DNA of 64,000 nt, from the NCBI GenBank assembly GCA_965223425.1, contig OZ245003.1, forward strand, positions 2,432,001 to 2,496,000. Direction: 5' to 3'. The translations under genes and the position numbers were made by a program. Source of the DNA: Nitrosopumilus sp. (GTDB lineage Archaea; Thermoproteota; Nitrososphaeria; Nitrososphaerales; Nitrosopumilaceae). The notes below the pieces were generated by a model, which was not told where the DNA came from, searched no databases, and was given only the letters and a program-made list of their open reading frames with translations. Positions 47,050 to 57,436 of the stretch are shown in pieces. Position 1 is the stretch's first letter; every line of letters starts with the position of its first letter.

Positions 47050-47718
47050 CTACATAAAAATGGTTTTTTCATATTCATAGAGCATTCTAGAAACTACAAC
47101 ATGGCCTTCAAACGGTTCACTACCAACAGAATACAAAGAACTTATTTTGTTTTTAACTGAATCAGAAAAGTTTCCCTTTTGAAACCCTCCAAGCACAAGG
47201 CATGTACCATCTGAAATCTCTTGGGCAATATTTTCATATGAATTTGACGTACCTTGTGTTGATAATCCAATCACTTTGGAGGGATGAATTTCATCCAATA
47301 GCGCCGGAAAGGTTTTTTCCTTGATCTCAAGTAATGTTTCATCATTTGTTGAAATTTTTTTTTCTTGATACAGTTTTTCAATCAACCCTTCAAATCGGCG
47401 GTATGACTTGGGCACATGAACATTTTGACCAAAATAAATTACCTTATCATCAATTGTATGAACAAAGAGTTTCATTTTGTTTCGGAGGTATAACGGGATT
47501 GTGGTAGCTTCAAGTATTGAAAAGTGCACTAGATCCGGTCGCCCTCTTTTAATTTCATTTTTTATTCCTTTCATAGCTGCAAAATGCCAAGAGTTATCTA
47601 GTAAAATTTCTGATGTGTGTTTTCCAAGCTTTCTTGCATGGGAAATAACTGACGGATGGTGTTTTAGTTCAGAGGGGACAAGCTCTAAGGCAGATTCAGA
47701 TAAAATTAAAGAAATCAT
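47050..47718 (-). CDS. nep1: 16S rRNA pseudouridine methyltransferase Nep1/EMG1
   Basis: ESALELVP, LLDNSWH, RGRPDLVH, PKSYRRFEGL, GGFQKG. Confidence 0.93.
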   Translation of the reverse strand: MISLILSESALELVPSELKHHPSVISHARKLGKHTSEILLDNSWHFAAMKGIKNEIKRGRPDLVHFSILEATTIPLYLRNKMKLFVHTIDDKVIYFGQNVHVPKSYRRFEGLIEKLYQEKKISTNDETLLEIKEKTFPALLDEIHPSKVIGLSTQGTSNSYENIAQEISDGTCLVLGGFQKGNFSDSVKNKISSLYSVGSEPFEGHVVVSRMLYEYEKTIFM

Positions 47719-47719
47719 T

Positions 47720-48841
47720 TTAGTTGATCATTTCAATTTGTTTTTTAAATTCATTCCAGCCTGGTTTAGGATTACCGTTGACATCTACAAGACCGGCGTT
47801 GCAAATATAGTGGTTTAGTCTTTCAATAACATAATCACTACTGCCCAAACCAGAGCCTCCTCCAACACTAACGCTTTTATCGCCAATATCCTGTTGCGCT
47901 GCAACACAGGTACCTTCTGGCCTATCATACTGCCTGTACCACGTCAAAAATTCGATTTCAGGTTCATTTTCTGAATAAAATTTGAATAATTTGCCCAAGA
48001 AATCCTTTTGAGGGCCAGTACTCCCGCCTACAAAATCCGATGTACTCCAACTAATCTCAAAGAATCCAATTTTTTTGTTTGGCACAATTTCAAATGCCTT
48101 TTCCAAGTCCTCTTTGGCCTCTTGTGGGGTTTTTACGATATCATTTAGAGTATCAACAGGAAAATATGAAAATGCAACAAAATCACCAATCGCTAAATCA
48201 TCAACAATATGTGCCAACTCTTTATTTATCACATGATGTAATGCAAATGAATTTCCAAATTTTACATCAGGATGTTTCTCTTTTATTTTTTCATAAACTC
48301 CAGAAAACAGCTCTTTGTATACAGGAATGTTTTGTTCATGATAGCGAAATTGAGATTCTGTTTCACCGCCAACAATTACAGTATCTATGATAGAATACCG
48401 TGAAAGAATTGAATCTAGAACATTTACCAGTTTTTCTTCTCCAATAGAGTTAAGGGATGGTTTTCCTATCCAATCAGGAAATGGTCCTAATGTTTGCCCA
48501 TTAATTATTGAAAAGAAGAGTGTTACCTTGAGATCATTTTTTTGGTTTAATCCCATCACTACATCTGACTGGCTCCAGTCAAATTCTCCTCGTTGAGGCT
48601 CGACAAGATTCCAAAACAGGTATACATTACTTCGACCGATTCCAGTTGTTGATGCGTCTGAAAAGACCTCATCAACTTGCTGCAATGATACTGATTGGTT
48701 TGGGGAATTAATTACAAGGCCAATCTTTTCATTGGCTCTTTGAGCATTGTTGGTTTCTGAACTTGGTAAGGCCAAAACCCCAACTGCCATGGCAATAATC
48801 ACGGCTATGCCTACGATCACGCCTAGGATCTTTTTGTCCAT
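47720..48841 (-). CDS. Membrane-anchored protein with glycoside-hydrolase-like TIM barrel
   Basis: N-terminal TM helix, WNLVEPQRGEFDWS, GL.....PKPGW; function uncertain. Confidence 0.65.
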   Translation of the reverse strand: MDKKILGVIVGIAVIIAMAVGVLALPSSETNNAQRANEKIGLVINSPNQSVSLQQVDEVFSDASTTGIGRSNVYLFWNLVEPQRGEFDWSQSDVVMGLNQKNDLKVTLFFSIINGQTLGPFPDWIGKPSLNSIGEEKLVNVLDSILSRYSIIDTVIVGGETESQFRYHEQNIPVYKELFSGVYEKIKEKHPDVKFGNSFALHHVINKELAHIVDDLAIGDFVAFSYFPVDTLNDIVKTPQEAKEDLEKAFEIVPNKKIGFFEISWSTSDFVGGSTGPQKDFLGKLFKFYSENEPEIEFLTWYRQYDRPEGTCVAAQQDIGDKSVSVGGGSGLGSSDYVIERLNHYICNAGLVDVNGNPKPGWNEFKKQIEMIN

Positions 48842-48887
48842 ACAAATTGAAAAAGAGAAGAAAGTAAAAAAGTTGTGATCCTGTCAT

Positions 48888-51539
48888 CTATCCAGAAGTA
48901 CAGCCGCTGTATCCACACTCAAGGCACATACTGCAGCCTTCTGCAAAGATAAGAGTATTTTTGCATGTCGGACACAAACGATCTTCTGAGACATCTTCTT
49001 GTTTTTGAGGTTCAGATTTAATTTCTTCGTCGTGCACTTTTAGTGCAAGCGCAGCGTTGACTTGAGACTTGATATACGGATTTGTGATATGTGTAGTCAC
49101 ATAATCCGTAATATGCTCACTTGGCAAAACCTCAAACGTCTTTTCTGCGTTTTCACTTGTCATGTGAAGTACCTGCTTGTGTCTGGAACCATCACGGTAA
49201 ACGGTAATTCCTTTCAGTCCTAGCTCATGTGCTAACAGATATGCAGATTTTACATCTTCTGCTGTTACATCATATGGCATGTTGATTGTTTTTGCAATTG
49301 CGTTTCCAATCCAATCCTGCCATACTCCTTGAGCCATAAGATGATCGGCCCAGTGGATATCCATTGCCGTAACGAAGATATCTTGCATCCATTGTGGAAT
49401 TTCAGGGATTCCTTTCAATGATCCATAGTTGTCGGCAATCTTTTCAAGGATTTCATCGTTGTAAAGATCATTTTCTTTTAGGACTTCTTCAACTATCTTG
49501 TTTGTGTAGAAGAATCTTCCAACAGTGACTCTCTTTTCAAATACAAGAGCAAATGCAGGCTCCATTCCATTTGAACAGTCTGCAATCATAGACAAGGTAC
49601 CAGTCGGGGCAACTGTGGTGGCCAGGACATTTCTAATGCCATGTTTTTTGATTTTCTCAATTAGTGCATCCCATTCATAGGAATGAGACTCTTTTGGTTT
49701 CTCATAGTATCCTGCCACTGGGATCTTTCCTTCAGGGTATTCTGTCTTTGAACAAAGTGGGAATTCACCACGAGATTTAGCAAGTGCAACACTTTCTTCC
49801 ATGGAGTAATACGTCAGAGCTTCGGCTAGTTTTGATTGTAGCTCATATCCTTCTTTGGAGTTGTATGGAATTCTTAGCTTATACAGGAGATCGGCTACCC
49901 CCATAACCCCAAGCCCGATTCTTCTGGATTCTTTTGACGCCACGTTGATTTCTGGAACCGGGTAGTTGTTTACATCAATGATGTTATCTAGGAATCTTGT
50001 TGTTTTTCTAATTGTTTCCTCATATCTTTGCCAGTCAAATTCATAGGTTCCGTCTGCTTGTCTCTTGACAAGATTTACCAAGTTGATAGAACCCAAGTTG
50101 CATGATTCGTATGGATAGAGGCTTTGTTCGCCACATGGATTTGTTGCCCTTAGTGGCGCTTGCCTGGCTTTGGCAAATACATTGTACTTGTTAATTTGAT
50201 CAAAGAAGATCAGTCCAGGTTCTGCACTTTTCCATGCAGATAACGCAATCAGATCAATTAACTGGTGTGCATTAATTTCTTTAACCGGTTTTTTGTCACG
50301 CGGACTGCGTAAGACATAGTTACCATCTGCAGTGTTAACAAGTGAATGCCAAAAGTCTTCCCAGATACCAACACTAACGTTAAAGTTTTCTAAAATACCT
50401 GGCTCTGTTTTGTTTGTGATGAATTTTTCAACATCAGGATGCCACGATTCAATGATTCCCATGTTTGCGCCGCGTCTTTTTCCTCCCTGTTTGACAACTT
50501 CAGTTACAGTATTGATAATATTCATGAAGGACACGGGACCGGATGCAACACCGGATGTTGATGCTACAATATCACCTTCCTCACGAAGATCAGAGTAGTT
50601 GATTCCCACCCCACCGCCGGACTTGAAGATTAGTGCCGCATCAGAGGTTGATTTCATGATTTGTTCCATATCATCTTCCATTCCAAGTACAAAACACGCT
50701 GAGAGCTGTCCTAACCTTCCACCTGCATTCATCATTGTTGGCGAATTGGGGAGAAAGTCTTGTGATGTCATCAGTTCAAAGTATTCTGTTATTTTGTCTG
50801 CATAACTGTCAAGCTTCTTTGCCACTAGTAATGTCAAAAGATCTTTGAAGCTGACTTTCATTTGATTTTTGTTTGCAAGTGTTACGTAGTGGTTGATTAA
50901 GGATCGAAAATGCCACTTGTTGAGGTAATAATACCCTACTTTGAATTTATAATCAAAGGCATCTAGTTTTTCAAGATAAGATTGTGCTTCATCTATATCC
51001 TGTGTGGTGTTTCCTGTTTTGTCAAACACTTGCGAGTCATACAGAACATCGCCTAGTCCGACCAGAATTGCAACTCTTTCAAACATCTGGGTTGGGGATT
51101 CGATAATCTCATTTTTACCGTTTTTGAAAAGATATCTTGAGGCCAAGACTCGGAGACAGTTCAAATCAAACTTTTTAGAGACAGGATCAAGAGACTTTAG
51201 ATTCAAGACCTTCATTTTTTCGTCTCTTAACTTTCTTCGCTCGTGCCTGTAAACGATGTATGCTTTTGCTATATCGCTATTACCGCTATCGATTAAAGTT
51301 GACTCTACAATATCCTGAATATCTTCAACAGTTGGCGTTCGAGAACTGGTAAATCCCTGTTCCACTAGTTTGTCAACTACATTCTCTGCGAGCTGATCGG
51401 CTAGGCCACGATCGGCTTTAGATGTGGCCACCAATGCCCTAAAGATGGCATTTGAAATTTTATCTTTGTTGAAAGCCGTTACTGCGCCACTGCGCTTACG
51501 GATCTCATTGATAGTGTTTTCTATTTGTGAATTATCCAA
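48888..51539 (-). CDS. nrdJ: Class II (B12-dependent) ribonucleotide reductase with N-terminal ATP cone
   Basis: IRKRSG ATP cone, PNSPTMMNAG, SACFV, GGKRRGANM, TNPCGEQ, CNLGSINL, APTGT, C-terminal Cys cluster. Confidence 0.96.
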   Translation of the reverse strand: MDNSQIENTINEIRKRSGAVTAFNKDKISNAIFRALVATSKADRGLADQLAENVVDKLVEQGFTSSRTPTVEDIQDIVESTLIDSGNSDIAKAYIVYRHERRKLRDEKMKVLNLKSLDPVSKKFDLNCLRVLASRYLFKNGKNEIIESPTQMFERVAILVGLGDVLYDSQVFDKTGNTTQDIDEAQSYLEKLDAFDYKFKVGYYYLNKWHFRSLINHYVTLANKNQMKVSFKDLLTLLVAKKLDSYADKITEYFELMTSQDFLPNSPTMMNAGGRLGQLSACFVLGMEDDMEQIMKSTSDAALIFKSGGGVGINYSDLREEGDIVASTSGVASGPVSFMNIINTVTEVVKQGGKRRGANMGIIESWHPDVEKFITNKTEPGILENFNVSVGIWEDFWHSLVNTADGNYVLRSPRDKKPVKEINAHQLIDLIALSAWKSAEPGLIFFDQINKYNVFAKARQAPLRATNPCGEQSLYPYESCNLGSINLVNLVKRQADGTYEFDWQRYEETIRKTTRFLDNIIDVNNYPVPEINVASKESRRIGLGVMGVADLLYKLRIPYNSKEGYELQSKLAEALTYYSMEESVALAKSRGEFPLCSKTEYPEGKIPVAGYYEKPKESHSYEWDALIEKIKKHGIRNVLATTVAPTGTLSMIADCSNGMEPAFALVFEKRVTVGRFFYTNKIVEEVLKENDLYNDEILEKIADNYGSLKGIPEIPQWMQDIFVTAMDIHWADHLMAQGVWQDWIGNAIAKTINMPYDVTAEDVKSAYLLAHELGLKGITVYRDGSRHKQVLHMTSENAEKTFEVLPSEHITDYVTTHITNPYIKSQVNAALALKVHDEEIKSEPQKQEDVSEDRLCPTCKNTLIFAEGCSMCLECGYSGCTSG

Positions 51540-51743
51540 TTATAATCTCCCCGCAAGGGTTAGAATGAATGTGGTTATAACTGATTCCACAATTTTTTCT
51601 TCAAGCTCGGTTCAAAAATATTGACACCGCTACTATGAACTTCATACTGGCATAACTTTGCAATGGGCTACGATGATCGCTAGATCTGAAACTAATCAAA
51701 TAATTTTAAAAAATGATCGCAACTAGTTTTTAATTTACGAAAT

Positions 51744-53837
51744 TCAGACGACATATGGGGACTTGCACCTTGGACATTTGCCTTCAAATGGTTCATCTTT
51801 GAAGCCACATTCACCACATATTGTAACTTTCTTTACAGGTTTGAAGGAAGAAACAAGCGTGGAGGCCTTTTCAATTGATTTTTTGATTACACCGACCTTT
51901 GTGTCTTTGTCAATTTTCAGGGTTACAAGCAATCCTCCACTGAGTGATTTTGATATCTTGTTACATTCAGAGATATGTTCACTTTTGTTGGTATAGTTGG
52001 CAACTTCAGATGCGTCAATCACGACACCCTCAGAATAAGAGTCACTTTCCATCGAATTGAGAGCAGAATTCTTGCCATATTTCTCACCATCCAGACTGGC
52101 AAAACGGCGGGAGCCTTCAGTTTCGGTCATGGAGATAGTCACGGGATCTCCTAGTTCCTTGCCCTTTTTGGCTGCAACATCAACTGCAGTTTCGATGACT
52201 TTGTAAAGAATACCGCGTCCCTCTTTGTTGTCTTGGAATCCAAGTATGTTAAAGACTGCTTCTTTGAGTCCCACCAAGTTTATGACAAGAGAGACAGAAC
52301 TTCTTTGCATGTATTGTGTATTTTTTGCAAGAATCGGGTTTAATCCCCTTCTAGTAAGATCAGAGACGTCTTTTTTTCTTAACGCCATTGAAGACAGTGC
52401 AGGCTTCATCAGTAACGCAAGTCTTGCTCTAAAGTAAGTCTCATCTTTGTTTGATTCAAAAGCAAGTCGTGGAAGGTTTATGGAAACAGATTGCAGTGCT
52501 ATCGAAAGCGAACCGGCATTCCTTGTAGATCCGTTTGTTACACCATAGCTTGATGTTTGGCCTTTGGCAAACATTACTTTTCCACCAAGTGAGATTATTT
52601 CAGCAGCCGACTCTGAAACATCAGTGATCTTTCCCTTCTCACGATCTATGATCAAGCCGATTTTTGGAATTGGTGTTATCTTTGTGTAATTTTTGTATGC
52701 GTTAATAATTGCATTGATTGTTTTTGTATCAGAGCCCAACTGTAATCTAATTGAGATGTTGGTGCTTGCTTTGTTGTATTTGGAGGTTGTAGATGCGGTT
52801 GCAAATGCATCGGTTAGCCTTTGTTCAAGTTCTGTACGGGATTTTGAATGTTTGGCAAACAATGGAGCTAATCCATCAAGTACGATTTCTTGTGAGGCCT
52901 CTTTTGAAAGAAGAGAAATTATAATGGATAATGCGCCTGTAATTTCATCAAGTTGTTTTGATGCAGGAATCCGCGATACGTTAAGATGTTTTCCGCCAAG
53001 ATCAATTCCATTTTCAACCAATTCCTTAACGTTAACAAACACTGTGTCAGGAATCATAGACCAGACTCCAGGATTTGTAATATGCAAGTCTCCAGACAGA
53101 TGGGAATCTGCAACGTCTTTTGGTAAAATGTTAGTAAGCAAATGTTCGGCAAATACGCGCTGTCCAGTGCTAAACAGGAGGCCTTCAGCGCCGTTATCTA
53201 CGTCATCCAGGTTTGAAATCATCTCTTTTACGTCATTAACAGGCAGGCCTAGGCGTGCAAGTTTGTTCCTGTATTCCTCATGACCGTGCTCTAGGAGAAC
53301 AGAGTTCACCATTTCTCGAATAAGCGAGCCTGTTAGATATGTAGTCTGATATTTGTAAATTCTGTTCTCAACTTCTTCGGTAATTTTTTGTGCAAGTTCT
53401 AATGGAAGACTGCCCTCACGAACTAGTGATTGAATAATTTTATGAGAATTAAACTCTTCAATGGATTCATGTGATGTTCTGACATACATTTTTCCACTTT
53501 CAATGATTGATCTCTCTTCAATTTGTCTTGCCAAGCTCAAAACTAACTTTCCCAGATTAGTGATGGTGTAACGTCTTTCAGATTTGTTGAGTGCAACAAG
53601 GGACTGTCTTAGCAGTTTCCGCAAATGGTATGCAAATTTTCCACTTTCCTTTTTTGATTTGAAGCCGGCCAGTGACTTTAGCTCAGAATAAGTCAAAGGG
53701 CCTTTAGAATTCAGGATTCTGAGGATGTCAATTCTGTTTGGACTTGCCATGACAGAAAAGATCATTCTGACACGCTTTGACGTAGATTGCAATATGCCAC
53801 TTCTCTTTAATTCTGAGACCCCTTCGCTCAACTCCAT
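51744..53837 (-). CDS. wHTH + ATP-cone + NrdD-like barrel fusion lacking the glycyl-radical loop
   Basis: ArsR-like HTH (AYHLRKL), ATP cone (EEFNSHKI...IREMV), HLSGDLHI, SINLPRLA; ends CGEC..CPRCKSPYVV. Confidence 0.8.
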   Translation of the reverse strand: MELSEGVSELKRSGILQSTSKRVRMIFSVMASPNRIDILRILNSKGPLTYSELKSLAGFKSKKESGKFAYHLRKLLRQSLVALNKSERRYTITNLGKLVLSLARQIEERSIIESGKMYVRTSHESIEEFNSHKIIQSLVREGSLPLELAQKITEEVENRIYKYQTTYLTGSLIREMVNSVLLEHGHEEYRNKLARLGLPVNDVKEMISNLDDVDNGAEGLLFSTGQRVFAEHLLTNILPKDVADSHLSGDLHITNPGVWSMIPDTVFVNVKELVENGIDLGGKHLNVSRIPASKQLDEITGALSIIISLLSKEASQEIVLDGLAPLFAKHSKSRTELEQRLTDAFATASTTSKYNKASTNISIRLQLGSDTKTINAIINAYKNYTKITPIPKIGLIIDREKGKITDVSESAAEIISLGGKVMFAKGQTSSYGVTNGSTRNAGSLSIALQSVSINLPRLAFESNKDETYFRARLALLMKPALSSMALRKKDVSDLTRRGLNPILAKNTQYMQRSSVSLVINLVGLKEAVFNILGFQDNKEGRGILYKVIETAVDVAAKKGKELGDPVTISMTETEGSRRFASLDGEKYGKNSALNSMESDSYSEGVVIDASEVANYTNKSEHISECNKISKSLSGGLLVTLKIDKDTKVGVIKKSIEKASTLVSSFKPVKKVTICGECGFKDEPFEGKCPRCKSPYVV

Positions 53838-53989
53838 GCATTTTTCTAAATTAAGGACTAAATAAGACTTGTGACTAGATTATTTGAGACGGTTTTTGAT
53901 CAGATCGTTGTTAAGAAACAACAATTTGTAACATCAACGATCTAATTTTTTTAAAAACGTAAAAATGATCTTGGTGAGATCATCTGGGA

Positions 53990-54151
53990 TCAGTTTTCAT
54001 GGACATCAAGTGAAAACTCTGATGTAGAAAGTTTTTGTCCGCAAGAAGGACACTTGCCATCATAGGAATTCATTACGTCTTTTAGTGGTTTTAACATCTT
54101 CATGTTTGTGATCTTTTCACCACATTTACCACATGTAATTTCTACAGACAT
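53990..54151 (-). CDS. 53-aa Zn-ribbon protein
   Basis: Below the ORF-track cutoff; MSVEITCGKCGE...GKCPSCGQKL. Confidence 0.7.
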   Translation of the reverse strand: MSVEITCGKCGEKITNMKMLKPLKDVMNSYDGKCPSCGQKLSTSEFSLDVHEN

Positions 54152-54221
54152 GAAGATGATCAGCCATACAAAATAATTAAGAATCGGTTCTGATTTTTTT
54201 TAATAATTCAGGCAAATTATT

Positions 54222-54587
54222 TTACTGTTTTTCGATGATAATCCCACGTTCATCAAAGCCAGTAATTTTGGCGGGGGTTCCGACTGGCAGGTCTGCAGGG
54301 GCAGCAACCCCTCCCATAAATCCAGAAATTCTCAAATCTGAGGCATCTAGCTGAAGTATGACAAAGGCATATGGGGTGTACTTTTCAAAGCCTGCAGGGG
54401 CGACTGTAATTATGGTGTAGGTGGCAATCGTGCCTGTGCCCTCCAAAAGAACATCTTCAAACCCCTTACTTCCACATTTTAGGCAATAATAAGCAGTGGA
54501 CAGGTGAAGATGGCCACAGCTAGTACATTTGTGAGTTAGGAGCTTGCCCTGTTTGGCATTTTCAATAACTTGTTCCTCAACAGACAT
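54222..54587 (-). CDS. DUF35 Zn-ribbon/OB-fold thiolase partner
   Basis: CTSCG....CLKCGS, GTIATYT, PY; directly downstream of the thiolase. Confidence 0.9.
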   Translation of the reverse strand: MSVEEQVIENAKQGKLLTHKCTSCGHLHLSTAYYCLKCGSKGFEDVLLEGTGTIATYTIITVAPAGFEKYTPYAFVILQLDASDLRISGFMGGVAAPADLPVGTPAKITGFDERGIIIEKQ

Positions 54588-54588
54588 G

Positions 54589-55752
54589 TTACACACTCTG
54601 GAATATATGAACAGCACAACTTGCGCCTGTTGCGCCAAAGTTATGAGTTAAACCAACTTTTGCATCTTTAACAGCTCTTTCACCGGCATTTCCAGTTAAT
54701 TGATCATATACTTCTACTACTTGTCCAATACCGGTGGCTCCAATTGGGTGTCCTTTGGATTTAAGGCCACCTGAAGGGTTAATTGAAATATCAGAATTTA
54801 GTTTTGTCCTATCTTCACGGACAGCTTCAACACCTTTTCCTTTTTCAAAGAATCCCAAATCTTCAGTATCAACTACTTCTGCAACTGTAAAACAGTCATG
54901 CACTTCAGCAAAGTCGATATCTTTTGCAGTAACACCTGCCATCTCGTATGCTGCTTCAGATGCAATCTTTGTACTAGGGATTGTTGTCATATGTTCACGC
55001 CCTTGCAATGCAGCAGGTGATCCGCCTCTGCCTGATCCAATTACCTCAATGTAGTCACCACCGTGTTCTTTTGCAAACTTTTCAGAACAAAGAATAACGG
55101 AGCTTGCACCATCAGAGAACGGACAGCAATCATAAAGTTTCAGAGGGCTTGCAACTACTGCAGAGTTCATTACATCATCAATTGTAATTTTCTTCTGCAT
55201 GTGAGCCTTTGGGTTCAATGCACCGTTATCATGGTTCTTTACTGCAACTTTTGCAAAATCTTCTTCAGTTGCATCAAACTCTGTCAAATAGGCTCTAGCC
55301 ATCGATGCAAACAATCCTGGGAACGATGCGCCTGCTTGACCTTCGTAGAAAAAGTCCGAACAATACGCAAAGTAAGTTGTTGTCCATTCAGTTCCCGTGT
55401 GAGTTACTTTTTCAACACCGGTTGCAATAAGGCAATCATAAAATCCTGCGGCAATGTTTGCATAGGCTTCTCTAAAAGATACAGAGCCACTTCCACATGC
55501 AGACTCTATTGTTAATGACGGCTTGTCCGGAATTCCCAATCTACTCATCAAGACGGGTCCAATGTGTACCTGCTTGTCTGCAACCCCGAAAACATTTGAA
55601 ATATAGGATGCCTTGATGTCTTTTGGATCAATTCCTGCACTTTCTATGGCTGAAACTGACGCTTGAGTGGCAATATCGGCAATACTGCCTGATAATTTTC
55701 CATATTTGGTGCTACCTGCACCAAGAACACAAACCTTCTCCACAAATGTCAC
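54589..55752 (-). CDS. Acetyl-CoA acetyltransferase (thiolase)
   Basis: ESACGSG, DCCPFSDGA, EVHDCF, NPSGGLKSKGHPIGATG. Confidence 0.95.
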   Translation of the reverse strand: MTFVEKVCVLGAGSTKYGKLSGSIADIATQASVSAIESAGIDPKDIKASYISNVFGVADKQVHIGPVLMSRLGIPDKPSLTIESACGSGSVSFREAYANIAAGFYDCLIATGVEKVTHTGTEWTTTYFAYCSDFFYEGQAGASFPGLFASMARAYLTEFDATEEDFAKVAVKNHDNGALNPKAHMQKKITIDDVMNSAVVASPLKLYDCCPFSDGASSVILCSEKFAKEHGGDYIEVIGSGRGGSPAALQGREHMTTIPSTKIASEAAYEMAGVTAKDIDFAEVHDCFTVAEVVDTEDLGFFEKGKGVEAVREDRTKLNSDISINPSGGLKSKGHPIGATGIGQVVEVYDQLTGNAGERAVKDAKVGLTHNFGATGASCAVHIFQSV

Positions 55753-55799
55753 TGACCAAAGTCCCTATAAAAATCGTTTTAGTAAATTCATCATAGAAA

Positions 55800-56264
55800 A
55801 TGCCACCAAAGAAAAAAATTCTTCAAGCTGTTCAAATTAAAAAGGCTGCAAGACATGTAGCAAAAACTACAAAGTCAAAAACCGATGCCTTCAAAAAAGA
55901 GGTTATTCAATATTTGGATGGCAATGGATACCTCTCTTGGTCCTCAAAAGAGAGGAAATACGTGATTCTTGGTACCAATTCTCCAAAAAAGGGACTTGTG
56001 CAGTGTCCCCAATGTAAGCTTGGAGAACTAATGGTGATTAGATCACGAACAACAAGAAAACGATTCATTGGTTGTTCAAACTTTTATGGCGGATGCAAAG
56101 CCTCATCGCCACTATTGCAAAAAGCAAAACTTAGAGCAACAAAAAGTCCTTGTGATGTATGTAAATGGCCAATTATAATTTTTCGCTATTCACGAAAACA
56201 AAAATGGACAAAACAGTGCTCAAATTTTAATTGTAAAAGCAGAAAGCCTAAGCCTTCAAAGTAG
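55800..56264 (+). CDS. Topoisomerase-type C4 Zn-finger protein
   Basis: CPQC..GELM...RFIGCSNF..C, CDVC...CSNFNC. Confidence 0.85.
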   Translation: MPPKKKILQAVQIKKAARHVAKTTKSKTDAFKKEVIQYLDGNGYLSWSSKERKYVILGTNSPKKGLVQCPQCKLGELMVIRSRTTRKRFIGCSNFYGGCKASSPLLQKAKLRATKSPCDVCKWPIIIFRYSRKQKWTKQCSNFNCKSRKPKPSK

Positions 56265-57054
56265 GATAGACATCTGTTCTTCTGTTTTTAAGTAACGGTA
56301 AAACTTTTCGTGTTTGCTTTACCCTGTTTAAATCAATGGTAGCAAAACCCATTCCCTGCTTCTTTTTCATGTCAAGTAAGATTTTTCCATATGGATCAAC
56401 TATCAAGCTTCTTCCACAGTAAATATTCCCAACCTGATCGGGTGCAATTACATAGCACCCATTTTCAATTGCTCGCGTTTTGTTAATCGTAATCCAATGC
56501 TCTTCCTTCATGCTACCCTTAACCCAAGCAGACGGCACAACTAAGACTTCAGAACCGGCAGCTGCAAGAGAGCGTGACATCTCTGGAAATCTTAGGTCAT
56601 AACAGATCATCATGCCAACTTTTCCTAGTGAGGTATTTACAGGCTTTGCAATCTTTGATCCTGAGACCATTTTGTCTGATTCTCGGAATCCTAATGCATC
56701 ATAGAGGTGAATTTTTCTATATGTAGAAATTACTTTGCCTGACTTGTCAACGACAAAAGAAGTGTCATATACGCGATCTTTTTTTCTGCTCTTTTCATAA
56801 AATGAGCCTATAACTTGGATATGGTTTTCTTTTGCCGCTTTTGCAATTGTTGTGACAAAATTTCCTTTAACTGTTTCGGCCAAGTTTGCTAGCTGCTTTG
56901 GAGTTTGAGCGGAATTTGTATAAAACATCATAAATTCTGGAAACGCACACAATGTTGCATCTTTTGAAGCTGCTTTTGAGATATATGAAATAATTTTTTT
57001 TAGATTAGTTTCTTTGTTAGTTGATGCTTTGAATTGGACTACTCCGACTTTCAT
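56248..57054 (-). CDS. Carbon-nitrogen hydrolase (nitrilase family)
   Basis: FPE, YRKIHLYD, ICYDLRFPE catalytic triad. Confidence 0.93.
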   Translation of the reverse strand: MKVGVVQFKASTNKETNLKKIISYISKAASKDATLCAFPEFMMFYTNSAQTPKQLANLAETVKGNFVTTIAKAAKENHIQVIGSFYEKSRKKDRVYDTSFVVDKSGKVISTYRKIHLYDALGFRESDKMVSGSKIAKPVNTSLGKVGMMICYDLRFPEMSRSLAAAGSEVLVVPSAWVKGSMKEEHWITINKTRAIENGCYVIAPDQVGNIYCGRSLIVDPYGKILLDMKKKQGMGFATIDLNRVKQTRKVLPLLKNRRTDVYPTLKA

Positions 57055-57226
57055 GTGATTGATTAATCAAATGGCAATAAAAGGATAAACCGTTGGCAAA
57101 CCACCAAATGTACCATTTTGTTATTATGCAAGCTTGTTCTAAAAATGGCATACTGACCATAGTTAGTGTGTGTATGTGCACACCGTGGCCGGAGGTTTAG
57201 TCCAGTCGATTCTTTTTTAAAAATAA

Positions 57227-57403
57227 TTAAAGTTGGTTTCCTGCCAAAAACCAGTTTTCTTTAGGATTGTCTTCAAAAACAACAATTACGTGACTCTCTT
57301 TTGTTTTTAGAATCTCAACTGCTGACTTTGTGATTGCTTTTGCATATTCATCTTTTTGTTCCTGTGATCTTCCAGGATACATTGACACTGTAATCAAAGG
57401 CAT
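57227..57403 (-). CDS. 4-oxalocrotonate tautomerase family protein
   Basis: Below the ORF-track cutoff; MPLITVSMYPGRSQEQK...VVFED...NWFLAG (Pro-1 catalytic residue). Confidence 0.88.
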   Translation of the reverse strand: MPLITVSMYPGRSQEQKDEYAKAITKSAVEILKTKESHVIVVFEDNPKENWFLAGNQL

Positions 57404-57436
57404 AAGAAATTCAAACAGATTCGGTGATTTATTCTT

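Noticed and set aside
51744-53837. Active class III anaerobic ribonucleotide reductase
   Set aside because: No C-terminal glycyl-radical motif and no activase gene in the window.
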